This document shows positions 12,925 through 26,090 of a stretch of DNA of 64,000 bases, in pieces (within the stretch, counting starts at the first letter, position 1; each line of letters starts with the position of its first letter). Below the pieces are notes generated by a model. That model was given only the letters and a program-made list of their open reading frames with translations. It ran no database searches and was not told where the DNA came from. A program made the translations under genes and the position numbers. Source of the DNA: Felis catus (taxonomy: Eukaryota); assembly GCF_018350175.1 (NCBI RefSeq), contig NC_058373.1, positions 116,624,001-116,688,000 on the forward strand, in the 5' to 3' direction.

Positions 12925-13655
12925 TTATAAATAAAAAAAAATGAAGTGTAACATGCATACAGAAAAGCACACAGACTCTAAGCTTTCTACATTGATAAAC
13001 TTTTGTAAACTCAACACATATGTGTAACCATTACCTAACTTAAAAATTAGAATATTATCTAATTCTAAAAGCTTCCTCATGTATTCTCCCATTCCATCAC
13101 CCTTGCTCACCCTCTTTCCCCAATACAAGGAAAGGTGACCACTGTTGTGACTTACATCACCATGGGCTAGCTGTGTCTGGTTATGAATTTTATAAAAATG
13201 GAGTAATACGGTATGTACTCTTAGTCTGGTTTCCTTTGCTCAATATTATATTTGTGGGTATAACAGGTTTTTTCTCTCCCCGTGTAGTATTCTGACATGT
13301 AACTCTACTGCAATTTATTTATTTATACTGAACATGTTTTGTGTGTGCGTGTGTGTGCAGTTTTTGCCATCACAGCTAATGCTGTTATGGGCCCATTCTG
13401 TATGTGTTTCTTGGGCACCGAGGTGCACATTTCTGTTGGGCATCTATATCTAGGAATGGGTAACTGGGGTTGTGTTACGTGTTCGTTCAGTTTTTGTAAA
13501 GTAGTTATACCAGGTCACCGTTGTTAACGGTGTTCGAGACTGCCAGTGGCCCCACATCTTCACCAACACTTACTTTTAGTTTTTCCTTTTAGCCATTCTA
13601 GTGGCTGTGGGGTGGTGTCCATTGTTTGTTTAGATTGCATTTTCCTGAGGACTAG
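12925..13655 (-). mobile_element. Ancient L1 (L1ME-like) 3' end
   Basis: gaagtgtaacatgcatacagaaaagcacaca...ccccacatcttcaccaacactt...tttagccattctagtgg...ttgcattttcctga. Confidence 0.75.
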
Positions 13656-14374
13656 TGAGAAATTGCGCTTTGACCTGAATAAATTCCCTTCTGAGGAAAT
13701 CTTATGTTATTAAATCTTGTGCTAATCAACTTCATGTTAGCAGTAACAGAAACGGTTACCTTCCTCTGGCACTGAGGGCGTGTTGTACGCTCAAGTTCTT
13801 CAAATCGCCAGACCCGAAGTTGATTCTTCTGGATCATTTAAGTGGGGCAGTCATTAATAGATACAACTTGTCATGCATCCAAATTGTGCTGCTTGATGAT
13901 ACAGTTTATGTGATTTTCTGTTCTATATTGAGCAAATGTTTGACACTGTGAAATATTTCAAGTTACCTATTCATTTTACATCATGACTGATTAAATGTTG
14001 GCCAAAGAATTCAATTTAAGAAATCCGAAAGGGAAAACTTTTGGGCTTTCGTGTGCTGATTTTCTTTAGACCTGTATATCAAGAATGACTCACCCCGTTT
14101 TATTCAGAGTAACTTTTAAAAGAATCTCACTCTACAGTAGAAAATTGCAAGTAAATTTAATGCAGATGGAAAGTGGATTTGAGACTTAGTCTGGGTCTAA
14201 TCGCTACATGGAATATCTGAAGAAGACTGGTAGTCTTGGCATCCAGTTCCTGGCTTTTAGTATTAACTTTTTTTGGATCATAAAAGGAAACTAAGACATC
14301 CTTTAATTATGAAATTACTGGTCTTAGAATAGGGAGACTTCATGGTAGAACTTCAGTCTGCCATCTTGAAATAA

Positions 14375-14550
14375 CACTGGTATTGAGCAAGTCCTGTGTA
14401 CCCAGGCTTGATGCCAAGGATTCTTGTTGAATCCTCACCAGTAGTGTGAAATAGGTAATGTTACACCTGTTTCATATATGAGGAAGTTGAGGCCTTGAAA
14501 AAGGCCACATGATGAGTAAAGTGTGAGGGGCAATTTCCTAACTCTGATTT
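14375..14550 (-). mobile_element. MIR fragment
   Basis: tattgagcaagtcctgtgtacccagg...aatcctcac...tttcatatatgaggaagttgaggc. Confidence 0.6.
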
Positions 14551-14869
14551 TATGATTATATGATGGAAAATCGTAGTATTTAGGACCTGTGGTTTAAGTT
14601 GAACAACTCTGTCAACTCTTTAGATGTCCTGGGGGTACCAGTAACATATAAAAATGGAGTGCTAGTGTTTGAATCTCAGATGAAGGCCACGTAGGGTATG
14701 TTATGGAGAAAATTGTTCTTCTAGCCTCATTCTCTCTCATACTGTGCTGAGGTTTTCAAGTAATCATCCTGATTAAAGATACATTTTTCAGTAAACGCTA
14801 ATACCACCAGTAGAGGTGATGAAGTTAGAGAAATTTATGGCCAAGCTTCAATCTTAAGGGAACAAAAGC

Positions 14870-15160
14870 ATGCATTTGTTAATTTGTTTGTTTTGAACGC
14901 TGCAGCTCCTGCAGGACTCTCTGTCCTAGGTAAATCATATATGAACCAGCTCCCAAGGGACCTGAGTTCTTATGGAGATCTAAGACATATAGGAAGGTAA
15001 CCTTAATACGAGGTAGAAAGGGCAACTGGTATGAGGTATTTAGCCTGGGACAAAATGCCGCAGGAATTCATAGCAGATGACAACTTTCAGCTGAAGTCTA
15101 TCAAGAAACGCTTTCTGGAGAAGGTGGCCTTGGAACTACCTTCGACGGGGAGACAGAATA
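14870..15160 (-). mobile_element. L2 3' fragment
   Basis: catttgttaatttgtttgttttgaacgct...tttctggagaaggtggccttggaact. Confidence 0.5.
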
Positions 15161-16094
15161 TGGATACTTCGAAATTGGTGTCTGGTTCCGGGCAAAGCTA
15201 CTACATAGTTTATCTTTTTATGACTGTGAATAAATATGCTAATTAAAGGAGTACTGTAGAGAAAATTTGAGAATTTTACCCTATCAACAAAAAATGGTAT
15301 GTGTTGTAAAACCGTAATGTTTAGGATGAAGCTTAGGCAAAGCCCCTTTTACTTTTAGCTCTGGCCTCACCTACTCGGTGTCACCCCCACTTACCGGCCT
15401 TCTCTGCCCTCTCACTGTGGAGGTTCAGAAACGTGTGCTGCATGAGACGGGACATCCTAGGCCGTCCGTGCCTTCTTTACACTTTTCATAGATGCTCTTT
15501 TCCCTGCAGGGTTGCCCTTATTATCATGTTAATATTTGTCAGAGCCTGGCACACATCCTTTGTGAGTGGAGCACGAATGAAGAATTAAATGAAATAGAAT
15601 GTTGTGCTTTGTACTAAGTTCCTGTTTTTGTCACGCACAGGTACTTGCTCAGTTAGTTGCAGCCTGCCCCAGAAAATCATTGTAGTGTAACTGCAACAAG
15701 CTGGTTTACAAGCAAGAGGAGCTGAGTGTGCAGGTTTGTGACTTTACGTGAAAATGGTTTTACCTTTAGCTATGACTGTAGGTGTGCCATTGTTTGACCA
15801 CATGAGCGATTCCTGTAATGGCTGATTCTAAAATTGTTGTTTTTGTTTTGTTTTCCCCCTCGTCCTTTCTCTGAAATTGTTTGGATCGGAAGAAAAGGAG
15901 GAGAAGGGCTTATTCTCACTGCCTCAATTACTCATTTAAAATTTAAAATTCTATTGACTTTCCACAACACTGTTGAGACCACAAGATAAACTTCCTGAAC
16001 TAGAAGTCCTTAATTGGCATTTTTTATGTGACGAGATTTTGTTCTCTTATAGCCTTTTAGTAATTCAAAATCCTTATTGAGGAAATTTTAGGTG

Positions 16095-16315
16095 CAATAA
16101 TAATAGTTAATCATTATTGAATAATTTGTACCCAGAAGTTTGCTAGACTTTTGCCTTCATGATCTTATTTAACCTCCACATCATCCTATGAGATGTTGAG
16201 CAACATCCTGATGTTACTTGTAGGGCTAACCGATTTTGACAAGATTACATCACTCGTCAGTGGCTGAGCTGGGAATTGAACCCACATCTGTTTGCTTCGG
16301 TGCCTGACCCACTGT
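16095..16315 (-). mobile_element. MIR
   Basis: aataatagttaatcattattga...tcttatttaacctccacatcatcctatgag...ggctgagctgggaattgaacccacatctg. Confidence 0.75.
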
Positions 16316-16859
16316 GTTAAATTGTTCTTCCCTGTTTTTTTCTGTGTATTTATGCTTCTCTCCTCACATTTTATGGTGATAGGATACATCCTTGTTTTAG
16401 CTTCAAATGATATACTTCAGTTGTCCCTAATCCTTTATGTAACAGTATTTGTTGATTTGACATCTTAGCTACTTTGGTCAAAACACTTTCATTTACTATG
16501 GTGTTAACGGTACTTAGAAATTGTGCGGTTTTCCCCTTTAGCAGTTGACGGGGAAAAAGGTAGGCTATTTCGTTTTCACATGTGGTATCCTTTTTTAACT
16601 GGTAGTTTAAACAGGTTCTAATAGTCCTCTGAGACAGAACCTTGGAGTTTAGATACTTCTTTCACTAATTTGTATGAAATAGCATCTCAAGTCAGTGTGT
16701 GGTGTAACTGTGCAAGAGCACAGTGCGTGGGTAGTAGCAAAGCGGCCCTTGCACACTGCCGGGCAGAGAGAAGGGTCAAGCAAATGAGAAAGTACAGGGA
16801 CACAGTAACTGACCCAGCATTCATAATGTGTTTAGATTGCATTAGAAAAACTGTCAGTA

Positions 16860-17085
16860 AAACCCTAAGAAAGAGACTCTTAGCTCCAGAGAACAAACAG
16901 GGTTGCTGGAGGGAGGCGGGTAGGGGGATGGGCATTAAGGAGGGCATTTGATATGATGAGCACTGAGTGTTCTATGTAAGTGACGAATCACTGAATTCTG
17001 CTGATGAAACCAGTGTTATCCTGTATGTTAAGTAACTGGAATTGAAATAAAAACTTGAAGCATAAAAAAAAAAACAAAACAAACT
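16860..17085 (+). mobile_element. Carnivore L1 3' UTR fragment, severely 5'-truncated, with A-tail
   Basis: gagactcttagctccagagaacaaacagggttgctggaggg...gggcattaaggagggcatttgatatgatgagcactg...aataaaaacttg followed by an A-rich tail. Confidence 0.88.
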
Positions 17086-17769
17086 TACAGAAAGCGTCAT
17101 AATTCTTACTGTTATAAGTAGTTAACATCTACATTTTAAAACTATCAATTTCACATCCTGTAATGCTACAGTGGATAACTGTTTATTATATATTGGTCTG
17201 CCAGTGCTTGTGGGGTAGGGTGGTATGCTTTGCCAGTCTAACATGTCTAGACAGAACCAAATGTATGATTATATAAAATCACAGCTCAGGGATTATGGTT
17301 GAAAAACTTTAATGATTATTGGCAACTCCATGGCATTTCATATTACTTTGCATCCTTCTTTTCATGGCCTAGTGCCGTAAAAGAGTTAAAGTTTATTTTT
17401 AGGCAGAACAGAAAATGTCTAAAATGTGATACGATGTGAATCTAGTTTCTTAAGTAAAATATATTTTCCATGCAAATACATGTTTCTTGATTTGGAGAAT
17501 TGAATGAACCTAAGTAAGAATGATCGCTTCCAGCATTAAAATTGGATAGAAGCTCTTTGAAACCAATCTAAGAACAACAAAACCACTACTTTAAATCCAA
17601 ATTAGTTTTAAATGTGTGTTGACTGGCACTGTGTCCAGGGTATTTTTTAGGAGTTCAGACTGTCCTGTATCTGTTTAGTTTTTATTTCCTGTCTTCTCCC
17701 TCAAGTAGTCTTCTGGGCAGTCTAGCTGCTAGCCTTTTCTTCTTTGCAGGAGAGAAATTTCCAGCATCT

Positions 17770-18115
17770 CCTCTTCCTCTGTGGAGCTGTCTCCTCCCAC
17801 ACAGGCTATTATAAACAAGCTACAGCGAACATCTTCTTACTGAGTGCAGGGGTTCCTTACAGAGCCCACATACTGTTCCTTCTTTTTTTAGATTTATATT
17901 TTGCCATGATTTTCCCCAGTTTTTTTTAAATAATGTCATTGGATAATCAAAAGTTTTATATAGGACTAGATCTAATGTATCAATTTTAAAAAGTGGTTAT
18001 TCCTGTGTCGTAGGAAGCCTTTGCCTGCCCCCTCACCTTGAGAATATTCTGTGTTTTCTTCTGAAAGCTTCATGGTTTTAGCTTAGGCTTAGGTCTGTGT
18101 TACACGTTGAAATGA
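17770..18115 (-). mobile_element. Ancient L1 fragment
   Basis: ggctattataaacaagctacagcgaacatctt...aagcctttgcctgccc...ttttcttctgaaagcttcatggttttagc resembles antisense ORF2. Confidence 0.55.
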
Positions 18116-20609
18116 TTTTATTCACATGCCATCTTAGTGATATTCATTCTTCAAGAGAGATATTACCTCTATTTTATAAGTGAGGATTTTGGCTCTCTGA
18201 GAATTTGGCACTCTAGCCATTGCATGTAATAGTAAATTTGATTTATAATTTTAGAACCTTTTATAGATGATCATGATGAAACTATATGGTAGGTCGTATC
18301 TGTATATACCATTTTGCTCTAAACCTTTTTGAGATGTATTTCCATTGTCACAAAAAAAAAAAAAAAAAAACCCACATTGTTGCTAACAAACAAATGTTCT
18401 TTTGGTGACCATGTTTATCCCCATAAAGAAACCAGAGGTGTTAAGTGCGGAACAAGACTGCAACCTTGATGCTGCGCATATTTTATTGGGGAGAGATGTA
18501 GTGTTTATGTACAAATGTCCTGTGAAGTTGCCTGGTGTGATTTGCCTGTTAAGGTACTAAATCCTCTTGTGATAAGAAATTGAAGTGAAATGATCAAATT
18601 GACTCAGCTATTTAACCTGGCCTAATTACTTTTTACTAGATACGGTACGGGGCTCAAAACTGCTATCAGCGTTCAGATGTCTCAGGGTTATCGCTTATTC
18701 CTACTACTTAATGCCTCTCTCTGACATTGTAGTAACATCACTAGTTCCAGCATCTAAGGCTCAAGAGAATTCTCAGCAATTGGTGTTTCGTTGAGGGTCT
18801 GTGTTTTGAGTGTTTACTAGGTGCTAGCTGTGCTGCACGCATCGTATTTCTCACAACAGTCTCTTTTTCAAGCACAAGTAAAGAGAGACTTTCACAGTAC
18901 ACACTTGGGGGTCATGGGGGGGAACCCACTCCAGTTCTCTGGTAAATCTGAGTGGCGATTTCGCGCAAGTCCTTTCATGTGTCTGGGTTGAAATAAGTAA
19001 CGCTACAGCGTGCTGGTGATTCAGTCAATTCTGAGATACGTGTGGAGTCCTCTGGGGGAAGACAAGGGGCTCCCTGTATTGGATGTGAGAGGTACGCAGA
19101 GGTGAGCCAGACAGGAGGAAGCTAATGTTACTCTTAAGGAAGCTTCACCCTGTCATTGGACTGCCCTCCATTAGAATGTATGATTAAACACATTGGAAGC
19201 TTGCTGTTGATTGGGGAGAAAGACTGTCCTTTGTTTTGAGCTGAGCAGATGAGCATCACTAAGACTGTTCACATGCATCACTTAAGGACACTGAGATTCC
19301 CTCGCAAAGCTGGTGTTGCCCCTGCTGCAAATCGGGCTTGTGTCTGCTGCAAGGGAAACGGGCCAGGTTCACAGCACTCTTCCAGAGTGGCCTTCTCACT
19401 AAGGAAACATTAGCTTCAGTTGTTAACTCTCAAAGAAAGTGGGACAGTTCTCAGGCTGCTCTTTATTTGTATAGATAAACAACAGGCATTTAATGGAGCC
19501 ATGCTGAAAGCAACAGTAAAAAAAAGTCGCTGTGTTCTAATTGTAGCCTCTTAGCAAGGTTATGTTAGTTTTTTTAATCTAAAAATTCTGCCCAAGTGGA
19601 GATTTCTGTGCATTATGAACCAAATTGAATCCTTTTTCTTAAATAGTATTTGTTCTGCCGAATGTTTGCTACTCTTTCTGATTAAAATGGATTAAAATGG
19701 ATGTTTATAGTCTCAAGCACATTGACCAGTTAGTTTTTACAAACTCTTCTATACTGTGCATAGGAACCAGATTTAATGGACTTAGTTATTTGTTCTTTCG
19801 GTATATTTTGAGAACGATTTTCTGCTTCATATTTGTTCTCTTCATTTTGATAGAGTGAAGTTTTGCTAAGTGCTTTTGATCTATAAATCAGTTACTGATA
19901 CATGTAAGTAGTTCATCATTTTAAGGAAGTAAGTGAAACTGACTCTGTCCCACAACTCACAGACGAGGTTTTAGAACATTTCTGCAGAAAAATTTTCTGG
20001 CTGCAACACTTTTAATTGTCATGTGAAACCAACCATAGATTTCATTGCCATCTCAGTGTCCAGGTTTATGTCAGCAGTAACGACAGTTGGTAGGTGATTC
20101 TTTGAGTCAACACCGTGTGTGGGTATTTACAAACCACCATTGGATGTTGCTGTGTCGAAGTGAGTGTTGACTATCATTTATAGGTAAAGAACTTTCTTGT
20201 CTTTGTACATATTAGGTTATCTGAATCAAGTAATATTTGCTTAGCTATGTATATGTTAATATGTTTAAAAAGAAATTTCTCTACGAAGAGGCATTAATCA
20301 TTCACTGTTTGTTTGATCAGATGATGGCACTGGCATTCTATTGTGTAATCATAAAATAGCTTGTCATATTTAATGCCAAGAGCAGATGCACTTCCTAGTA
20401 TAAACAGCATGCAAAGCCCAAATCTAAATGTGTTATTTAGGAGCATATTAAAATCATTGTATTTTTTGTGATTTAAAAAAGTAACTGCGGATTGTGTTGT
20501 GTCAAATTAAAAAAATGTGATTACTGCCACAACTTAAAATCTGAAGAAGCAAAATCTGGCCCATATGTTTTCAAGTATAATGTGTTATTCTTGCAGACTA
20601 TGTCATGCA

Positions 20610-20830
20610 TAGAGGTTTAGTGCATTAACTTCGGAACCAGGCTGCCTGGATTCAGATCTTACCTATACCGCTTACCAGCTCTGTGATGTTGGGCAAGTTA
20701 CTTAATCTCTCTGTGCTTCAATTTCCTCCTTTGTAAAATAGTAATCATAGTGATAATAGTATGTACCTTGTTAGGAGAATGATACAAATTAATATAAAGT
20801 GCTTAGGACAGTGCCTGGCACATAGTAAGG
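20610..20830 (+). mobile_element. MIR, near full length
   Basis: ctgcctggattcagatctt...tgtgatgttgggcaagttacttaatctctctgtgcttcaatttcctcctttgtaaaat...aaagtgcttaggacagtgcctggcacatagtaag. Confidence 0.9.
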
Positions 20831-21179
20831 ACAAATGAGCAGGACTGTAAAGCGTGAAATAGGTAGATGTGTGCATTACAGGAGCTTCTCCTACAATCAG
20901 TCCCAGTTCTTTTAAACTAAGTCAGTGATGTCTTGATCAGTCAGTGATACTTGTGGAACAGCTTTCATGCTACATATTAATCTAGATTCCCTGGGGCTTA
21001 CAAAAGGAATAAAAAGCATGGTTACTACTTTGAAAGCTTGCATCATACTTACATAGGTACCCAAAAGGAGATATACACAATTGAGTATTACATAGCAATG
21101 TGTAAGTGAAAAAGTGTGAATCTTTTACAGTAAAAGCAGAGGGGGAATGAAGAAGTATAAAAGGTGAATTTTGACCTTA

Positions 21180-21310
21180 GAGGACAGGTGGTTCATTTGG
21201 TTGAGTGTCTGACTCTTGATTTCAGCTCAGGTCATGATCTCATGGTCATGGGATCGAGCCCCTCATTGGGTTCCTTGCTGAGAGTGGAGCCTGCTTAAGA
21301 TTCTCTCAAT

Positions 21311-21401
<91 letters not shown>

Positions 21402-21517
21402 CTTCCCTCCCTCCCTCCCTGCCTCCCTCCCTCCCTCCCTGCCTGCCTCCCTCCCTCCCTCTTCCCCACTTGCTCTCTCTCTGTCTCTGAAATAAAAAAC
21501 AAACAACAACAACAAAC
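21180..21517 (+). mobile_element. CanSINE with greatly expanded (CT)n/(CCCT)n tract
   Basis: Divergent head, gactcttgatttcagctcaggtcatgatctc body, about 150 nt pyrimidine-rich tract, AATAAA tail. Confidence 0.9.
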
Positions 21518-22659
21518 AGAACCCTTCATCATGCAGTGGATGAGTTCACACACATCATGCTCAGCCCTAGCCAGGAGATTGATGTGGTTAGGTGAGTAGG
21601 AGCTGGGGGGCAGATGGGCGGCTGGCCAACCTTGACTGCCTCCGTGGCTCTGGCCCTGAGCTAGTAGCAGCGGCTGGGGGTACCTGGCAGGCCCCTTACA
21701 CTGTGTCAGGGGAGCCCCATGATGTGATACCACAAGCTTTGTAAACACCAGGGTATTTAGATCAGGATAGGGAAATGATAAAGCCGGTGAGGTGGTAACA
21801 TGACTTCATACCTTTGAGAAGTTTACCTTGGGGAGCTTTGTAGCTGCGGGGGGGGAAACTTCCATTACTGCAATTTATAAAAACCCTTTGGACAGCTGAA
21901 TATGAAGCCAAACGACAGGTGCCAGATTATAGACACCCAGCTACGCTCTATCTGTACTAGAAAGTCACAGTGGATTCTAACAGGGAAGGGTTTGTAAAAG
22001 AAGGAGGAGCAGTTAGCAACAACAGCTTCCTGCAGTGACTTTGGGATTTTTAATCCAGGCAAGGAGACTTTCAGTTTCTGTCTGCTGTGGATTATTCTCT
22101 GGCACTTAAGCAGTCTCCAGGCTAGCTGTGGGCTTTTCAAGTGGCTGTGCAGCTGGGGACACTGCAAGAAGCCTCTTACATACCTCAAAATGAAAAAAAT
22201 AAGCATCTCTGATATTAGCCAATTCTGCTCCCCAAATACTTGCAAGAAATGTATATAATCACAAGGAGGAGGTCTGCCTGTGGTGATCATTTGGTGGAGC
22301 TGCTTGTATGTCATTAGATTTATGTGTTCTCACGATCTTGGGTAAATTTTGTAAAGGTTTTGGGACCCTAAGGGTCATAGCTGTAAAATGAGGGTGTTGG
22401 GGTAAGTAGTCTGTTGTCATGCCCAAGGCGCGAATACTGTGTATTTCAAAAGGGGTTGGAAGATTTTCTTCTGGTCTTCCAACTCTACGTGGAAAACTTT
22501 GTAGAGGAGTCTGAAAGTTTTGAGGAGCTCTTTTCACTCAACAGGATTTATCGAAGACTGTGTACCCGAGACTACTCTGGGGGGCTGGAGATCTGTGAAA
22601 TAAGTTGGGGTCCTTCTCCTCTAGACATCCCCTTACATTTTAAAGAGAGGGAATATATT

Positions 22660-22965
22660 CACAAATACACGAAGAAGTGCTAGGAATTACTATCAGGTTG
22701 GATGCGGAGTTACCAAACGGGAATAGTCAAGGACAGCAGCCACTTGGCCTGAGTGGATGGTGGTGGCAGCTTCTGGTCTGGTGAATGGAGCAGATCTGGG
22801 GGGTGAGGCATCCGCATTCTGCTCTTTGACATGCATCTGGAGTTTCAGATTTGAGAGTCTTCACTGTGTACTTGGCATTTGAAGCTTTGAGACAGGGTGA
22901 ATTCAGCTGATGACTGAATCTAGAAAGAAAGGGGCAAGAGATGGGGACCAAGCCTGGAGGTTGGA
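22660..22965 (-). mobile_element. L2 fragment
   Basis: catctggagtttcagatttgagagtcttcactgtgtacttggcatttgaagc...ggggaccaagcctgg. Confidence 0.5.
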
Positions 22966-23849
22966 GGTTGGTTGTAGGAGAGGAGTAGGCGAGGGAGCTC
23001 GGTTGGCTGCTCTTGGCTTCCGTTGAGCAAGTCTGTTCAACGCTAACACGTGCTCTGCTCTTTCCCGGAGCTCAGGGACTACCTGTGTCTGTGTAGGTGT
23101 ATACTGCCCCTACATATACTCGTAAAGCTTAAAAAATGCCTCTTAACACACAATCCTCCGTATTTGCAAAGGGCTGAGAGACGAGAGCTCTCTTGGGTGA
23201 CTTCCGTCTCCCTTTCTCCTCCTCCCGCCAGGCTCATTGAGGCAGCCACGCTGTGGGCTCTCAGTCCTTCTAGGTCTGCTGGTTGAGTTGAATGTTGATC
23301 AAGAATTGGTTTCATTTTTAACAAAAGCCCGTTTTGGTCAGTCGTACTTGTTATTGTGTAATTACATAATAGGAAATTGTATGTAATTTGACTAAATGTA
23401 TTGTTTTTCTACAAAAATATGCCAAGTACTTTTCAAAGCTTCCCAAGGCAGGCCTCCAAAAAGAATGCTGTTAAGTTAGGTACGGTCATGGCAACTCTAA
23501 AGGAATGGGGGAGTAGTTAAACTTCTGTAAGGATTCTCAGCTTGTTTCCTGAAGGCCTGCGAGTGTGTATTCCATTCTAATAAAAAAGGGAGATTGGGAG
23601 TTGTGGATGATGCTTTTTGCTTGTGATTTGTGTAAGAATGACTAGCCTATAGTCAGTCTGGAGGCCTGTTATTCACGGAAAAGACATTCACTCTACTTCA
23701 GGAAAATGGTAAAAGACTGTACATTTCAAATTAGATGGCTAAGCTGTGTGTGTGTGTGTTGAGGGGTCTCTGCTAACTTAGCCTTTCCAGCTTCTAAATC
23801 AATTATCATCCTGTTACCTTAGTTCAGTGGGGTTTTACCGGGTGGACTT

Positions 23850-24295
23850 TGTGAAAAGCAGTCTGTTGTGTCAAAAGCCATCAAAATGCTCATGTCCTGC
23901 TTTACCACTTCTTGGGCTTGATGGCAAAAACGTTTTTCTTTTTAATTCATAAAAATTTATGTTGAGGGATGTTGATCACTTTAATTTTTGTAATGTAAAA
24001 ATTAGATGTACCCTATCCATCAGATAGCGTAAACTGGTTCAGTTGTGACTTGAACACGTAGAAGACTGTTACATGATGATCGGGCATCTGAGTTTGGAGG
24101 AGCCCTGAACTACATGGAGAAATGTGCTCAAGATGATGTGAAACTACAAAGGGTACAAAGTATTTTACACGATCTCTGAAAACCTGTGCCACAATATTAA
24201 GAGTTTACCTCTGGGTGGTAGGGTTGTGGGCGACTTCTGAGTTTATGTTTTATCCTTTAAATTTTGTAGTTTTCCACTTGTGTTATTTCTGTAAT
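23850..24295 (+). mobile_element. Ancient L1ME-like 3' fragment
   Basis: gggatgttgatcactttaattttt...atattaagagtttacctctgggtggtagggttgtgggcgacttct. Confidence 0.5.
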
Positions 24296-24627
24296 TACAT
24301 AGTACTTTATTATATTACAGCAGTGGATGATTTGAAGCTTTAACAAAGAGGCCTTTTGAACTTGGTTGCTGTTGAGAGGTAGTACGTCATAGAAGGACTT
24401 AAGTAAGAGGGAACAGGAATAAAACAGTAAAAGTTACTTTTCGTCTTTGAAATAATTATTAACTGCTTATAATTAAAAATACAAACAAAATTACCTTTAT
24501 TGTTATATAATGTACATACATATATAAATAATTTTACTGTTCATCTGTATAATAATAAAGATGACATAATATATAATTAACATGTTAGTATTTATAAGTA
24601 TACAAATAAAAGTGGCTTTAAGTAAAA

Positions 24628-24843
24628 AATTTTTTTTTGTTTTTAGTCTTTATTTATTTTTGAGAGAGAGAGACAGAGCACAGACAGGAGAGGAACAGAG
24701 AGACGGAGACACAGAATCCAAAGCAGGCTCCAGGCTCTGAGCAGTCAGCACAGAGCCTGACACAGGGCTTGAACTCACGAGCTCTGAGATCATGACCTGA
24801 GTCGAAGTTGGATGCTTAACCTACTGAGCCACCCAGGTGCCCC
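24628..24843 (-). mobile_element. CanSINE
   Basis: Full SINE; degenerate TSD ataaaagtggctttaa / ataaaattgcttttaa. Confidence 0.95.
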
Positions 24844-24929
24844 ATAAAATTGCTTTTAATCTCCATGGTTGTTATTAATAACTTACAATAGATATTAATC
24901 TTTATAATAACCAAGTAAGGTGAACAAAC

Positions 24930-25050
24930 TAGAATTTTCCTCCTTTTAGAAACAAAGAAATGGAGTCTCAGAGAGGGTCATTTCCCTACCCCAGGTTACA
25001 TGGTTGGTAACGGCAGGTTTTGAACCCAGGTTTTGTGATTCTGAATCGTG
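24930..25050 (-). mobile_element. MIR core fragment
   Basis: ccttttagaaacaaagaaatggagtctcagagagggtc...cccaggttacatggttggtaacggcaggttttgaacccagg. Confidence 0.75.
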
Positions 25051-25216
25051 TTCTGCTCCTGGCAATGTATTCCAGTCTTTTCTCCAGCAAAGTTAGGTAT
25101 GGAAAGAAGTAGTAATAGGAATCTGGCTTAAAAGTCCTAAACTGAGGAACTGCTTGTGGGTAAAAGGTTAAATAAACTGGGTGAGGTACAAGTCTGTCTT
25201 TGAAACAAGAACTTGA

Positions 25217-25290
25217 GGGGCGCCTGGCTGGCTCGGTCAGTGGAACGTGTGACTCTGGATCTCGGAGTCATGAGTTTGAGCCCCACGTCA
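25217..25290 (+). mobile_element. Short CanSINE (tRNA-like head only)
   Basis: ggggcgcctggctggctcggtcagtggaacgtgtgactctggatctcggagtcatgagtttgagcccc...gagcttacttaaa. Confidence 0.85.
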
Positions 25291-26090
25291 GTGGGTAGAG
25301 CTTACTTAAAGAGAGCAGAAATGCTATCAGAAGGAGCCTAGGTTTATGTTTTCCAGAAGGGGTGCATGTGTTGGGGAGCAGGAAGAAAATAGTAGAGCTG
25401 TTATTAAGCAGTTCTAAGAAACTAAAATTTACTGACATTCAACATCGGGGTTGAAGCTGGGACCCTTGTGTAGGTCTTGTGTCAGACAGTCAAGTCTCCC
25501 GTTTGGGGTGCGGCTGACCCGGAGCTTCTTGTGTGGGACTCCCTTGGTGCTGGGGGTGCAGAGGGGCCCTTCCTCTCTTGTTTGCTGTCAGCCTGTTGTG
25601 ACTTGAGGCATTTGGTCAGTAGCCTTATGGGTTGTGCTAATCAGCTTTAATTAACATGGGAGCTATAAAATTGATACCTGGCTTTAAAAGATTCCTACAA
25701 AGAACCACAGGATGAAGGTCATGTTGATAATGCAAACCCTAATGAGCTGTGAAAAATTGGCAGAGCTGAGACTTCTCTCGGTACCAGCTATTATCAACTA
25801 TGAAACGAACTGAAGAGTGAATTTTGTCTGAGAAAATTGTTTTCCTTTGTGGAACGATGGTGCAGTTACAGGACTCCTCCAGAGGAGGAGGTGTTGTGAT
25901 GCAGGGGTGTCCTTAGTGCTTCCGGGGAACAGCAGATAACATCCACCAGGGGTTATGGTCCTTTTCTTAGTAGAATTTCTTTTTACATTCTTTCTATTCA
26001 GCAGGCATTTCTTGAGTATCTCTTGGGTACCAGGCACCAGCTAGAGTGATGAAGAAGGCAAAACCTTAAGAAGCTCCGAGGCTCAATCTC

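Noticed and set aside
13893..13990. TGATGA...CTGA as a C/D box snoRNA
   Set aside because: Imperfect C box, no terminal stem and no recognisable rRNA or snRNA guide
19835..19910. 50-nt exon-like segment (19854-19903) with GTAAGT donor
   Set aside because: Stops in all three frames and weak exonic donor context; no support beyond the motifs
21263..21748. 161-aa ORF with RE/EG repeats (also 5738-6017 and 31896-32102)
   Set aside because: Translations of (CT)n, (CCCTCT)n and (CTTT)n microsatellites
23352..23371. 20-bp imperfect palindrome tattgtgtaattacataata
   Set aside because: AT-rich, one mismatch, expected by chance
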